Notes: a model not told the origin generated them from the letters alone. Positions 9,519-20,661 are shown, counted from the first letter of the stretch. The stretch is DNA of 64,000 nt from an uncultured Saprospiraceae bacterium (GCA_964523725.1 CAZGAU010000005.1:609-64608), one strand, 5' to 3'. Program-made: numbers and translations.

Positions 9519-10163
9519 ATGATAAGTCTCACCCTCGTACTGATTATTATGACAGGACTCATTTCCTACCAGGCTTTTGCTCGCCCGGAAATGAAGGCCC
9601 GCCTGATGTTCTACCCCGTACAAATGAAAGCCAATGGCGAATGGTATCGCTTTATTACTTACGGATTTATTCATGCTGACTGGCAGCATTTGCTAGTGAA
9701 TATGTTCGTTTTGTATATGTTCGGCGAATACCTCGAAGGTGCAATGCTCTCCATTTTTGGAGCAAGCCTGGGACGATTGATGTATTTGCTTCTGTATCTT
9801 AGTGCAATTGTTGCTTCTTCTGTACCATCTTATTTCAGACAGAAAGACAACCGGGGCTATGCAGCTGTTGGTGCTTCCGGAGCGACCTCGGCGCTGGTTT
9901 TCGCTTTCATTTTGTTTGACCCCTGGCAATGGTTCCTGTTTCCGCCGCTGCCGGCAATTTTATTTGGAATTGCCTATCTCTGGTACTCCAATTATATGGA
10001 AAAAAAGGGTATGGATAACATCGGTCATAATACGCACTTCTGGGGTGCAATTTATGGTTTATTCTTTATGATCCTTACGGCTTATGCTTTTCAGCCTCGC
10101 CTGTTAGAATATTTCCTGGATCGTCTGTTGGCAGGACCCACCGCACCAGGCTTTTTGCAATAA
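9519..10163 (+). CDS. rhomboid family intramembrane serine protease
   Basis: Multi-TM protein with HADWQHLLVNM, GASGA (catalytic Ser) and a later His in a TM helix. Confidence 0.85.
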   Translation: MISLTLVLIIMTGLISYQAFARPEMKARLMFYPVQMKANGEWYRFITYGFIHADWQHLLVNMFVLYMFGEYLEGAMLSIFGASLGRLMYLLLYLSAIVASSVPSYFRQKDNRGYAAVGASGATSALVFAFILFDPWQWFLFPPLPAILFGIAYLWYSNYMEKKGMDNIGHNTHFWGAIYGLFFMILTAYAFQPRLLEYFLDRLLAGPTAPGFLQ

Positions 10164-10216
10164 CTTAATAAGGGCGGCTCATTTCAAGAAGCCATGAAAC
10201 CGTGAAGTAATAGAAT

Positions 10217-10768
10217 ATGGAAGAAAATCCCTGGAAAACCCTCAGTATCAAGGAAGTATATGACAACCCATGGATAAAGATTACGCATCGGGAAGTTATC
10301 AATCCATCCGGGAATCCGGGAATTTACGGACTGGTTCACTTTAAAAACCTGGCCATTGGCATTGTACCACTCGATGAGAATATGAATACCTGGCTGGTTG
10401 GGCAGTACCGCTATGCGCTTGGTCAATATAGTTGGGAAATTCCGGAGGGGGGCGGGCCGCACGGAACACCGCCACTAGAAGCTGCGCGGCGCGAATTACT
10501 GGAAGAAACCGGTATCACTGCTCAGCGCTGGACGAAAATCCTGGACTTGCATACTTCCAATTCGGTGACCGATGAAACCGGCCTCGTCTTTGTGGCTCAG
10601 GAACTTAGTTTTGGAGAAGCCATGCCCGAAGAAACCGAGCAATTGCAGCTCCGAAAGCTTCCATTTGCGGAAGCCTTGGCAATGGTAATGAACGGTGAAA
10701 TCACAGATTCCCTGTCGATGGTTGCCCTAATGAAAGTTAAGCTACTCCTGGATACCGGCCAACTCTGA
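10217..10768 (+). CDS. NUDIX hydrolase (ADP-ribose pyrophosphatase-like)
   Basis: Nudix box: EGGGPHGTPPLEAARRELLEETG. Confidence 0.85.
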   Translation: MEENPWKTLSIKEVYDNPWIKITHREVINPSGNPGIYGLVHFKNLAIGIVPLDENMNTWLVGQYRYALGQYSWEIPEGGGPHGTPPLEAARRELLEETGITAQRWTKILDLHTSNSVTDETGLVFVAQELSFGEAMPEETEQLQLRKLPFAEALAMVMNGEITDSLSMVALMKVKLLLDTGQL

Positions 10769-10784
10769 TCTTCCTGCCAACTGA

Positions 10785-11774
10785 TTAATTGTAAGCCTTA
10801 TCAATCGTGCGTCTTAGCGCTTCGTACAAACTTATTTTCCGATCCATATAAATTTCCATGTTATCATTTAGTACATTATAATAACGTTTGGCAATGCCGT
10901 GCATTTCCATATGCGGCTGATGCTCAATGCCTTGCTTGGCTAATGCTTCTTGCGTGGATTTTCCTACGATATAAAACAGCACCATATGCCAAAAATCGTA
11001 AGGAGGCTCCTTACCCAAAATCTTGCTTGCGCGCGCAATATTACTACTGATTGCACCGCTATCCTCACTGATAATGGTATGACTGGCTTCATGGAACAGC
11101 ATTTCGATAAACTGAGTACCTTCCACGCGCTCATTGGCTGTGGAAACCAGAATAATCGTCGGGTTCAGAAAATTATATCCACCGCTACGACTGGCGTGCA
11201 CCGACAAATCCACCCGCATTTTGCCTTCGGGCCATTCTGCCTGAGCTGATGTTGCAATGTTTTGGAAGACCTCCGATTCAATTTTTTTGATCGTCGGAAG
11301 ATATTTATTTAGCACTTCTTTATTACGGTCGCTGTGTAATTTCCAGAAATGTTTTTTGTAAACCGGATTAAAATTCTTCAGCAATTGTACATAAGAAGCC
11401 TCAATGGAATCGCTTGCCGGCGTGTCTTTCTCACCGAATTGAATCAGCCAGCGACGCAGATCTTCCATGACTTCATCTCTCACCAGCGTACGTTTCGCGA
11501 GGTATTTTTTATAAAATTCCAGGGATTCGTCGTAAATCTTTTTTTCTTCTTTGCTTAAACCTGCAATTAGTTGATTTTCAATACTATCTGTAACAACGGC
11601 AGCATGCGCGGTTTGGGATTTTTCGTACAAAAAATGATGCAGGTTTGTCCAGTAATTATTGAAAAATTCAAATTTAGCGGTGGTTGCGATTGGCTGCTCC
11701 TTAGCCGCAAAGAGCGTAGCTGTTGAAAAAAAGAGTGCCAAACAAACGGGGGTAATGGATGTAAAGCGTTTCAT
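10785..11774 (-). CDS. secreted hypothetical protein with an HExxH motif
   Basis: N-terminal signal peptide. FHEASH suggests a possible zinc-metallopeptidase-like site, unverified. Confidence 0.45.
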   Translation of the reverse strand: MKRFTSITPVCLALFFSTATLFAAKEQPIATTAKFEFFNNYWTNLHHFLYEKSQTAHAAVVTDSIENQLIAGLSKEEKKIYDESLEFYKKYLAKRTLVRDEVMEDLRRWLIQFGEKDTPASDSIEASYVQLLKNFNPVYKKHFWKLHSDRNKEVLNKYLPTIKKIESEVFQNIATSAQAEWPEGKMRVDLSVHASRSGGYNFLNPTIILVSTANERVEGTQFIEMLFHEASHTIISEDSGAISSNIARASKILGKEPPYDFWHMVLFYIVGKSTQEALAKQGIEHQPHMEMHGIAKRYYNVLNDNMEIYMDRKISLYEALRRTIDKAYN

Positions 11775-11874
11775 CGGTTTGTATTTGTATATTAAGATAA
11801 GGCAAATTAAATTTGTAGGACATTGATTTTGAAATATTTACAAACAATCGGTAACCAATAACCAATAACAATAT

Positions 11875-12231
11875 TTACCGGGCACAATTTACACAAAAAC
11901 TGCTTTGTGGCATTAATAAAAGTCGACCAATTGGAATCGATTTTCCGCATCTTGCGCACAAACCAAAGTTGGGTTCGCCTACTTTATTGAGCATGACTTG
12001 CAAGCGTCCAAGCTTCTCCTCTGCTTGGCGCAGCGCGGCTTCGGTCACGGCTTTATTGTTGATCGCATCCATGCGCGACACCCGCCCGATGGCATTATCC
12101 GGCGACACCGGCTGCGACATATCCCGGAAGTCCAGGATCATTTGCTCGGTTTTGATGATCTCCGATTCGATTTTTGCCTTTATTTCCTGCAAAGTAGATT
12201 CGTCCATGAGACAGCTTGTATTTTTTATCAT
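11875..12231 (-). CDS. DksA/TraR family C4-type zinc-finger protein
   Basis: Coiled-coil N-terminus plus CARCGKSI...FCVNCA (CxxC-x17-CxxC). Confidence 0.8.
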   Translation of the reverse strand: MIKNTSCLMDESTLQEIKAKIESEIIKTEQMILDFRDMSQPVSPDNAIGRVSRMDAINNKAVTEAALRQAEEKLGRLQVMLNKVGEPNFGLCARCGKSIPIGRLLLMPQSSFCVNCAR

Positions 12232-12400
12232 TTAAAACAGACCCTAAAATAGAAAATAACGACGAATCCAGGGAGAGAAGCTTGATAAAACGATAATTAG
12301 AAGTGGATTGTTTTTAGGTCAAAAAATTATTTTACTCAGTTGAGATTTTCTGAATATTTTTTAAACAAAAACTATATTAAAATAGCCCCTTCTAATCATT

Positions 12401-13081
12401 TCAATGCATCCGATCTCCCCTCAACTCCAGCTGCCTCATGATCTTCGCTTCATAGTCCAGGTATTCCTGCCAGCGGGTTTTTACTTTTTCCTCGGGGGCG
12501 TAGCGCTTGGCGAGTTCGATGAAGAGCACATAATGTCCGGCTTCGGAGACCATGAATTTGTGGTACCAGTCGCGCAAGGCAGGGTCGCTGATGTGCAGGC
12601 TCAGCAGGCGGAAGCGCTCGCAACTACGGGCTTCGATGAGGGCGCAGGTGAGCAGTTTTTCCAGGAGATTGTCTTCGCGGTTGCCGCCTTTTTGCTGGAA
12701 TTTGAGCAGTTCGTTCACGTACTCGTCTTTGCGTTGCTTGCCGAGCTGGAGCTGGCGTTTCTTGAGTTCGGTGAGCACCATGCGAAAGTGCCCCCATTCT
12801 TCGGTAACGATAGGCGCAAGTTCTTCCACAAGCTCGGTTTTATCGGGGTACTGCTGGATGAGTGAAATGCACGATGTGGCGGCTTTCTGCTCGCAGTAAG
12901 CATGATCGGTCAGGATTTCGGTAAGGTCTTTCTCTGCCAGATTTACCCAGCGTGGGTCGGTGGGGAGTTTCAACCCTAACATTTGTACGGCTCTGAGTTC
13001 CTGTTCTTTGGTTTGCATCTTTGTAAAGGTTCGTCCACAAATTTCGCTGATTTCCGCAGAGCGATCAGCGGGAATATTCAT
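12401..13081 (-). CDS. miaE: tRNA-(ms2io6A37)-hydroxylase
   Basis: Ferritin-like di-iron protein with ...LTDHAYCEQKAA... and ...EEWGHF... motifs as in MiaE. The start is uncertain; internal Met codons are at aa 22 and aa 34. Confidence 0.7.
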   Translation of the reverse strand: MNIPADRSAEISEICGRTFTKMQTKEQELRAVQMLGLKLPTDPRWVNLAEKDLTEILTDHAYCEQKAATSCISLIQQYPDKTELVEELAPIVTEEWGHFRMVLTELKKRQLQLGKQRKDEYVNELLKFQQKGGNREDNLLEKLLTCALIEARSCERFRLLSLHISDPALRDWYHKFMVSEAGHYVLFIELAKRYAPEEKVKTRWQEYLDYEAKIMRQLELRGDRMH

Positions 13082-13085
13082 TGAA

Positions 13086-14288
13086 TTATTTTTCCAGACA
13101 ATTCAGTTGGTTCATAAAAAAGTCAAGATTAAACACTTCATATTCTTCATAGCCGCTGCTCCAGAACATGATCATGCTATCCAGCTCGCCCCGGCGCAAA
13201 ATACTGAGCTGGCTCCGGTCGATTGGGTAGTGCACACGATAAGTCAGGAGTTCCTTTTCGGTATCATAACTTCCCTGATCCATGCGTCCGGCATTTAGTG
13301 TAATAAAATCTCCATTTAGTAACTTTATAATAAGTACGCTATTTTTTTCAATAAAACCATAAGCCTCGCGGGCATTCGGGTACGCAAAACTAAATTGTAA
13401 TGATAAAAACCGGAACCCCGCCATTGAAGTCATAAAACCCTCGCAGCGGAGATATTCCTTGTCTTTGAGATACACGCGCAGGCGCTCGTCGGTGTAAGTA
13501 AACAGCAATTCCTGTTGCATATCGCGGCGCCATTGGCTGGTGGTTTCATCTTTTCCTTCAAAAGCTACATCGCAGCCCTTATCCGGCGGATTGACCATGA
13601 CGTTGTTAGCTTCCCGGATCGAACCGGTTGCTTCATCCAGCGTGACAACGGTTTTGTAAAAATCCTCGAGCAGCGGCTCTACTGTTCCGTTTGGACCCGG
13701 GTTTGTTTTTGCTTGTGCTTTTAATTCCTGCAAAAGCCCGCCTTTACGAGTCAGTTCATCAGCTTTACCGGCTTCCTGGCGCGCCATGCCGGCTTCGCGC
13801 ATGGTTTCCTTTTCGGTGTTGCGGGCGGCGGTCAGGCGGGTATTCAGATTGCGTAAAGTTTCTTCGGGGGCGTTATTTATCTGGGCTTCCCGGAGTTCCT
13901 GCTCCAGTTTTTCGCGTTGCTGCGTAGCTTCCCGAACCCTTTGCTGAGCGATTTGGGCAGCCTCCTGAGCGATTTGGGAGCGTCGAATAAAGATTTTGCG
14001 GGCGTCTTCGTCGGTATTGGCGTACACATTATCCATCGGGAGCACCGTACCGGCAAAAGTAGGATATTTGTCGCCGGTTTCAGCGGGTGTGTAATTCGGA
14101 TCATCTTTGGGATCAAATAAAGCACCGGAAGACACACCGAAATTAGTGAAATATTGCCAGGTGCCGTCGGGGTACACAATAATTTTTTCTCCTTTTTCAT
14201 TCACTCTTAGTTCCTGTGCCTGTAGCGAGAGCGAAAGCCCCATGAATAGTAGGGTGAGCGGTAAAAAATGTTTAAATTGCATATTCAT
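13086..14288 (-). CDS. secreted hypothetical protein with a central coiled coil
   Basis: Signal peptide (LSLSLQA/QE) and a Q/E/R-rich heptad-like middle segment. Confidence 0.5.
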   Translation of the reverse strand: MNMQFKHFLPLTLLFMGLSLSLQAQELRVNEKGEKIIVYPDGTWQYFTNFGVSSGALFDPKDDPNYTPAETGDKYPTFAGTVLPMDNVYANTDEDARKIFIRRSQIAQEAAQIAQQRVREATQQREKLEQELREAQINNAPEETLRNLNTRLTAARNTEKETMREAGMARQEAGKADELTRKGGLLQELKAQAKTNPGPNGTVEPLLEDFYKTVVTLDEATGSIREANNVMVNPPDKGCDVAFEGKDETTSQWRRDMQQELLFTYTDERLRVYLKDKEYLRCEGFMTSMAGFRFLSLQFSFAYPNAREAYGFIEKNSVLIIKLLNGDFITLNAGRMDQGSYDTEKELLTYRVHYPIDRSQLSILRRGELDSMIMFWSSGYEEYEVFNLDFFMNQLNCLEK

Positions 14289-14455
14289 TAGGATTATGAT
14301 TTTATGTATTTGGGTATTAGTACATGTAAAGATCAGACTAAGAAGCCCTTTTATTTAAATTAACCCGAATATTAATACAAAATGCAAAAATAAATAAAAC
14401 CTTAGTTCCATGCCAGCTTTTTAAGCGGCGAAACCCTGTAAAACTAAAAACGACT

Positions 14456-16618
14456 ATGAGCAAATTTCAAGTATGTTTCCTCGGAGGCCTTTTGATTCTA
14501 ACGGCCGGTTGCGAATGGTTTTCTACGAACCAGTCGAGTTTCAAAACAATCAAAGTTACTTACCCAAAAACGCCGAAGGACTTGTCAGTAGTGGATACTT
14601 TTTTTGGAACGTCCGTTCCCGACCCTTACCGATGGTTGGAAAACCGCAATTCTCCGACCGTCAAAGACTGGATTACAGCGCAGCGACAAACGACTCAGAG
14701 TTATCTGAAAAAAATTCCTTTTCACGATGAGATCAAAAACCGGCTGCAAGAACTTTGGAATTATGAGCGTTATGCTTCCCCCAAGCGGGTAAATAATTTT
14801 TATTATGCATTGAAAAACAATGGCTTGCAAGATCATGATGTGCTCTATCGTTTTCAAAGTTTGCAGGATACAAACTGGACCATCGTGCTTGATCCCAATC
14901 GTTTTTCAAAAGATGGCACCATTGCCCTGAGCGATTTCAGTTTTTCAAGAGATGGTTCCTTGCTGGCTTATGAGATTTCAGAAAACGGCTCGGACTGGCG
15001 CACGATTTTGCTAAGGGATTTGAGTAGCAACCGTCCTTTGCTTGATAGCATCCGCTGGGTGAAATATTCTAATATTTCCTGGTTTCGCGATGGCTTTTTT
15101 TATAGCCGGTTTGCAACACCAGAACCTGATATTGCTGGTTTCGGGCAGGTTCGCTTTCAGCAGGTGTACTATCATCGGGTAGGCACACCGCAAGAAAATG
15201 ATGTGCTGGTTTTTGCCGATCGGGCACACCCGCAGCGCAATTTTTCAACTTATACCACAGAAGATGAGCGTTTTTTGATTTTGTACGCAACCGAGTCTTC
15301 TGCTGGGAATGCGTTATATTTTAAAGATTTAAATACAAATCCCATTGAATTTACACCGATTGTGGAAAATTATAATTCAAGTTTTGAAGTAGTTGGCAAT
15401 ATTGGAAATAGCTTGTTGGTTCTGACCGATTTTAAAGCACCTAAATATCGGCTGGTTCAAATTAATACGATCCGCCCGGAAGAGCGATACTGGGAAGAGA
15501 TCATCCCTGAGACGGAAGATGTGCTACAAAAAGTGCATTTTTTCGGTGGAAAACTGGTGGCAACTTATATTCATAACGCTTCAAGTTTGGTAAAAATATT
15601 TAGTCAACGTGGCGCTTTATTACATCAGCTGGAAACCCGGGGAATGGGTAGTGTTAGTGATTGGAGCGGTGATCCTGGTCAACAGCAGTGTTTCTTTTCA
15701 TTTAGTTCATTTACTCAACCTTTAACTATTTTTGAACTGAATCTGAATAATTATGATGCCCGCATTTTCAGAAGCTCTGCTACGCCTTTTGACAGTAATA
15801 ATTACGAAACAAAGCAAGTGTGGTACAAAAGTTATGATGGTACTGAAGTGCCTATGTTTATCATTCACAAAAAAGGACTTAAAATTGATGGCAATCGTCC
15901 GGTATTATTATATGGTTACGGCGGGTTTAATGTAAGTATGTTGCCGGATTTTAATATCACCGGTATGCATCTTTTCCCGGTTGTGCTTGAAAATAATGGG
16001 ATTTGCGCGGTAGCGAATATCCGCGGTGGCGGTGAATTTGGGCAAGCCTGGCATCGGGCAGCAACGAAAGTGGAAAAACACAAATCTATTGACGATTTTC
16101 AGGCGGCGGCCGAATATTTGATAAATAATAATTATACATCTTCCAAGAAACTGGCAATTTACGGCCGCTCGAACGGTGGCTTGCTTGTGGGTGCTTGTAT
16201 TACGCAACGTCCTGATTTGTACAGAGTTGTCATTCCTTCGGCGGGTATTTTGGATATGTACCGGTATCACCAGTTTACCATTGGTTGGGCTTGGGCTGGC
16301 GAGTATGGTACGGTACAAAACCGTGAAGAATTTGATGCTTTAAAATATTATTCACCTATCCATAATGTGGTTCCGGCAAATTACCCGGCTACTTTTATTA
16401 CAACTACAGGCGAGGATGACCGTGTGGTTCCGGCACATTCTTATAAATTTGCAGCCGAACTACAAGCGAACCAAAAGAGTGATTTGCCTGTACTTATTCG
16501 TATCGATACCCATGCCGGGCACGGTGCGGGGAAGTCAATGAACCAAAAAATTAATGAGGCAGCTGATATTCTGGCTTTTATGTTTTATAATTTTCAGCAA
16601 AGTGTAAATTATCAGTGA
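14456..16618 (+). CDS. prolyl oligopeptidase (S9A family)
   Basis: N-terminal DPYRWLE, GRSNGGLL nucleophile elbow, and the C-terminal D...H catalytic region (GEDDRV, HAGHGAG). Confidence 0.9.
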   Translation: MSKFQVCFLGGLLILTAGCEWFSTNQSSFKTIKVTYPKTPKDLSVVDTFFGTSVPDPYRWLENRNSPTVKDWITAQRQTTQSYLKKIPFHDEIKNRLQELWNYERYASPKRVNNFYYALKNNGLQDHDVLYRFQSLQDTNWTIVLDPNRFSKDGTIALSDFSFSRDGSLLAYEISENGSDWRTILLRDLSSNRPLLDSIRWVKYSNISWFRDGFFYSRFATPEPDIAGFGQVRFQQVYYHRVGTPQENDVLVFADRAHPQRNFSTYTTEDERFLILYATESSAGNALYFKDLNTNPIEFTPIVENYNSSFEVVGNIGNSLLVLTDFKAPKYRLVQINTIRPEERYWEEIIPETEDVLQKVHFFGGKLVATYIHNASSLVKIFSQRGALLHQLETRGMGSVSDWSGDPGQQQCFFSFSSFTQPLTIFELNLNNYDARIFRSSATPFDSNNYETKQVWYKSYDGTEVPMFIIHKKGLKIDGNRPVLLYGYGGFNVSMLPDFNITGMHLFPVVLENNGICAVANIRGGGEFGQAWHRAATKVEKHKSIDDFQAAAEYLINNNYTSSKKLAIYGRSNGGLLVGACITQRPDLYRVVIPSAGILDMYRYHQFTIGWAWAGEYGTVQNREEFDALKYYSPIHNVVPANYPATFITTTGEDDRVVPAHSYKFAAELQANQKSDLPVLIRIDTHAGHGAGKSMNQKINEAADILAFMFYNFQQSVNYQ

Positions 16619-16693
16619 TGTTCCGGAAATATTATGGTTATTCCCTGCACGTTTCTATGCATATAACAACAGCAATCCTGAATTGACGAAACC

Positions 16694-17494
16694 ATGACAT
16701 TACTGTTTAAAATAGGATTTTTACCGATTCGCATCTGGGATATTCTCGACATCCTGATCGTGGCATACCTTATGTATCAATTGTACCGGCTGCTCCGGGG
16801 CACCATTGCATTCAATATTTTTATTGGCGTACTCACGCTGTACGTCATTTGGTGGATGGTGGGGCAATTACAAATGGATTTGTTGTCGCAGGTGCTTACG
16901 CAATTTGTAAATGTGGGTGTGATCGTGATCGTGGTCGTTTTTCAGCAGGAAATCCGGCGGTTCTTATTGTTTTTAGGCAATACCACTTTGGAGCGACAGG
17001 TCGAAATCGCGGGACGTTTTTTTGGAAAAAATGAGGCCGTAACCGATGAAAGGGAAAGGCAGAAAATAGCCATTAGACTTGCTATACAACGGATGAGTCG
17101 CCGAAAAACCGGGGCTTTGATTGTGTTGGCCAATGGTGCCAACCTGGAGGGAATTGTCTCTTCCGGTATTGAATTGGATGCCGATATCAGTGAAGCGCTG
17201 CTGGAAAGTATTTTCACCAAGGAAAGTCCTTTGCATGATGGTGCGGTGGTCATCGGCGACGGGAAAATTCAGAAAGCAAGTTGTGTGTTGCCTATTTCTG
17301 AAAATGCAAACCTGCCGGACACAGCGGGCATGCGGCATCGCGCGGCTGTGGGTATTACCGAAAAAGCCAATGTTGCCTCTTTTGTCGTATCTGAAGAAAA
17401 CGGGCGCATTTCGCTGGCTTATAAAGGTGAACTTCACGAAGAACTCACCGAAGAGCAAATCGTGGAAGCATTGAATAAACATTTGCAGGAATAA
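16694..17494 (+). CDS. cdaA: diadenylate cyclase (c-di-AMP synthase), membrane-anchored
   Basis: Three N-terminal TM helices plus DAC-domain motifs: TGALIV, HDGAVVI, GMRHRAA. Confidence 0.9.
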   Translation: MTLLFKIGFLPIRIWDILDILIVAYLMYQLYRLLRGTIAFNIFIGVLTLYVIWWMVGQLQMDLLSQVLTQFVNVGVIVIVVVFQQEIRRFLLFLGNTTLERQVEIAGRFFGKNEAVTDERERQKIAIRLAIQRMSRRKTGALIVLANGANLEGIVSSGIELDADISEALLESIFTKESPLHDGAVVIGDGKIQKASCVLPISENANLPDTAGMRHRAAVGITEKANVASFVVSEENGRISLAYKGELHEELTEEQIVEALNKHLQE

Positions 17495-17561
17495 ATAAAA
17501 CATTGATTTTCAGACTGATTAGATTTTTTACTTATAAAAACTATCCGACTACTTATTAATC

Positions 17562-18092
17562 ATGGAGCTACAGCGGATTGAAGAATACCAGATTGACAAA
17601 ACGACGCACCTTGCGATTCAGGGCTTGTTACAATGTTGCTTTCCGGGTTATCCCGTGGAGCGTTCTTTTTTTAAACAGTTGCCCGATTTTCGTTATTTAC
17701 TCAAAAAAGACGGATTGCTGATTGCGCATATGTCGGTGGAGCATCGTTTGATTAACAACGACGGACAGTTGATCTACATTTTTGGTGTGGCGGATCTCTG
17801 TGTGGATGAAGCCTATCAGCATCAGAAAATAGCTACCCGCTTGTTAACAGAACTGGAAACCTTAGGTAAAATTCACGATATCGATTTTATCGTTTTGCAG
17901 GCAAAAGATCATGAGTTATATCAAAATAATGGTTTTTTATTACAAAATAACCTCTGTCAGTGGCTGCTCGTTAGCGGAAATAAGACCTTGGGCATTGCCC
18001 GGCGCCGACTGGAACAAAGCCTGATGGTAAAACCGCTCGGTGAAAAGCATTGGAAACCAGGCTTGACCGACTTTCTGGGGCATGTTTTTTAA
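17562..18092 (+). CDS. GNAT family N-acetyltransferase
   Basis: VDEAYQHQKIATRLL acetyl-CoA motif; length is typical. Confidence 0.7.
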   Translation: MELQRIEEYQIDKTTHLAIQGLLQCCFPGYPVERSFFKQLPDFRYLLKKDGLLIAHMSVEHRLINNDGQLIYIFGVADLCVDEAYQHQKIATRLLTELETLGKIHDIDFIVLQAKDHELYQNNGFLLQNNLCQWLLVSGNKTLGIARRRLEQSLMVKPLGEKHWKPGLTDFLGHVF

Positions 18093-18163
18093 CGAATACC
18101 AATTGATTTTCACCCGGATTGTTATCTTTACCGCCTGAATCCTAACCATTACAAATAAAGCAG

Positions 18164-19552
18164 ATGCAAGCAATACAAAGCTATATCAATGACCATAAAC
18201 AGCGGTTTCTGAATGAATTACTTTCGCTCTTGCGTATTCCTTCTATCAGTGCTGACCCAAAATACAAGGATGATGTGCTGAAAACCGCCGATACGATCGC
18301 CGATCACCTGCGCAAAGCTGGTCTTGACCGTGCGGACGTGATGCCAACCAATGGCTACCCGGTGGTTTTCGGGGAAAAAATGATCAATAAAAATTTGCCG
18401 ACGGTGCTGGTGTACGGGCATTACGATGTGCAACCGCCCGATCCGCTGGAATTGTGGGATAGCAAGCCTTTTGAGCCGGTCATAAAAAAGACGGCGATCC
18501 ACCCGGATGGCGCGATTTTCGCACGGGGCGCCTGCGACGACAAAGGGCAGTTGTTCATGCATATCAAAGCAGTGGAGGCGATGATCGCTCAGAATTCACT
18601 ATCGTGTAATGTGAAATTTATGATAGAAGGGGAGGAGGAAGTTGGTTCGAAGAACCTGCACAGCTTTGTAGCTGCCAATCGCGATCTGCTTGCTTGTGAC
18701 GTAGTGCTGGTGTCGGATACTTCAATCATGGGTAATGATACGCCCTCCATTACGGTAAGTCTGCGCGGCTTGACCTACATGGAGGTCTTTGTAACCGGAC
18801 CGAATCGCGATCTGCATTCCGGCGCTTATGGAGGTGCAGTGGCAAATCCGGTAAATATTTTATGCGATATTATATCGAAATTACATGATGCCGATCGTCG
18901 CATCACAATTCCGGGATTTTATGATGATGTCCTTGAACTTTCAGCGGAAGAACGCAGAAAACTCAATCAGGCACCATTTGATGAAAAAGCTTACAAAAAA
19001 GACTTGGGAATCAATGCGTTGCTCGGCGAAAAAGGTTACACTCCGCTAGAACATACCGGCATCCGCCCAACCCTGGATGTGAATGGTATTGTGGGTGGCT
19101 ACATTGGCGAAGGCGCGAAAACCGTGCTTCCGGCGAAGGCAAGCGCCAAGATTTCCATGCGTCTGGTGCCGAATCAGAATCCGGATAAAATTGCCGAATT
19201 ATTTACCAAATACGTGCAGGAACTCGCGCCGCCAAGCGTAAAAGTGGAAGTGCACAAGCATTCTACGGGCATGTACAGTCGCACGCCGGTGGATTCAATA
19301 GAATATAAAGCTGCGGATAAGGCAATGGAAAAGGCATTTGGCAAAAAAGTGATCCCTACTTATGAAGGCGGCAGCATCCCGATCGCACCAATGATAAACG
19401 CCGAACTGGGCGCCAACACGGTATTTATGGGCTTTGGGCTGAATTCTGATGCGCTGCATTCCCCCAACGAGCACTATGGCTTATTTAATTATTATAAAGG
19501 AATCGAAACCATTCCTTACTTTTATCAGTATTATGCTGAAATGAAAAAATAA
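18164..19552 (+). CDS. M20 family dipeptidase/deacylase
   Basis: GHYDVQP, ARGACDDKGQ and EGEEE metal-binding motifs. Confidence 0.85.
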   Translation: MQAIQSYINDHKQRFLNELLSLLRIPSISADPKYKDDVLKTADTIADHLRKAGLDRADVMPTNGYPVVFGEKMINKNLPTVLVYGHYDVQPPDPLELWDSKPFEPVIKKTAIHPDGAIFARGACDDKGQLFMHIKAVEAMIAQNSLSCNVKFMIEGEEEVGSKNLHSFVAANRDLLACDVVLVSDTSIMGNDTPSITVSLRGLTYMEVFVTGPNRDLHSGAYGGAVANPVNILCDIISKLHDADRRITIPGFYDDVLELSAEERRKLNQAPFDEKAYKKDLGINALLGEKGYTPLEHTGIRPTLDVNGIVGGYIGEGAKTVLPAKASAKISMRLVPNQNPDKIAELFTKYVQELAPPSVKVEVHKHSTGMYSRTPVDSIEYKAADKAMEKAFGKKVIPTYEGGSIPIAPMINAELGANTVFMGFGLNSDALHSPNEHYGLFNYYKGIETIPYFYQYYAEMKK

Positions 19553-19627
19553 AATACATGGTTGATAATGTTGGAGGTTAAAATTTAAATTTCTTCCACT
19601 TTTCAAGCCTTTAAACTTAATAAAAAC

Positions 19628-20224
19628 ATGAAAAACATTTCTTTAATTTTAAATATTATTTTAATCCTTGCGGTTGGCTTTTTATATATCAAGGTATTTT
19701 CTGGCACTAAAGCTACGCAACCTGCTGCTGCCACTGAAGCTGCTGAACCTCTGAATGTCGTTTATGTAAATGCCGATACACTGTTGGAAAATTATGATTA
19801 TTTCAAAGAACAGCGCGAAGCTTTGCAAAAAAAAGAATCGGATGCTGATGCCAGCCTGAAAGCCAAGGGCCGCGCGTTTGAGAATGAAATGCGCCAGATT
19901 CAGCAAAAAATCCAGCAGGGCTTGCTGGCGCCCAGCGACATTCAAAGGGAAGAGCAACGCATGGCCCAGAAACAACAACAATTGATGGTTGAACAGGAAC
20001 AAATGCAAAGAACACTGTTGGAAGAAAGCCAGAAAATCAATGAAGCGCTGCAAAAAGAATTGCTCGATAAACTCAAATCTATCAAGGAAACCGAGGGTTA
20101 CGACTTCATATTTAGTTATGCTTCGGGTGGGCAGATTTTGGTTGCCAATGACAGCCTCGATATTACCCAGAGAGTGGTGAAAGAATTGAACACCGAGCGG
20201 AAAGAAGCCGCGAAAAAGCAATAA
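19628..20224 (+). CDS. OmpH/Skp family periplasmic chaperone
   Basis: Signal-anchor followed by a long Q/E/K-rich coiled region typical of Skp. It lies in an envelope-biogenesis neighbourhood next to yidC. Confidence 0.8.
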   Translation: MKNISLILNIILILAVGFLYIKVFSGTKATQPAAATEAAEPLNVVYVNADTLLENYDYFKEQREALQKKESDADASLKAKGRAFENEMRQIQQKIQQGLLAPSDIQREEQRMAQKQQQLMVEQEQMQRTLLEESQKINEALQKELLDKLKSIKETEGYDFIFSYASGGQILVANDSLDITQRVVKELNTERKEAAKKQ

Positions 20225-20235
20225 ACAGCAGTGTT

Positions 20236-20661
20236 TTAGCAAAAAATCAGCGCTGGGACCCGGCCTTTTTCTCCGAAAACAATGGCGTGTTGCCCGAATT
20301 GTCGGCCGAGTTCCAGGGCTTCCGTTTTGGAAATTCCCAAAATCAGTAAACTTGCTTCCGGTTCCCAGTCATGATTATTCCCAATGCCTTTGCCTTCGAA
20401 GTAAGAATAGCCGGTATTTTCTACGATTTGTACCAACTTTTGATGGCGCCAATCGTTTTCTTTTGTTGAAAGCAGAGAAGATTTTGGATTCCAGGCGGTT
20501 ATAAAAGCCCAACTTTGGGCTTGACGGGATTCCAGAAGAATATCCAAGTCCCGGTTGGGTTCCCCGATTTTGATTTTTACAACGGGAAAATCCACCTGGT
20601 AAGTCGTATTTAAATAGGCTTGCAGAAGCCGTTGGTCTATATTGCTGTAATTATCGTCCAT
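20236..20661 (-). CDS. DUF3293-like hypothetical protein
   Basis: I place the start at the internal ATG (MDDNYSN...). The longer ORF to 20760 would overlap the yidC start region. Confidence 0.55.
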   Translation of the reverse strand: MDDNYSNIDQRLLQAYLNTTYQVDFPVVKIKIGEPNRDLDILLESRQAQSWAFITAWNPKSSLLSTKENDWRHQKLVQIVENTGYSYFEGKGIGNNHDWEPEASLLILGISKTEALELGRQFGQHAIVFGEKGRVPALIFC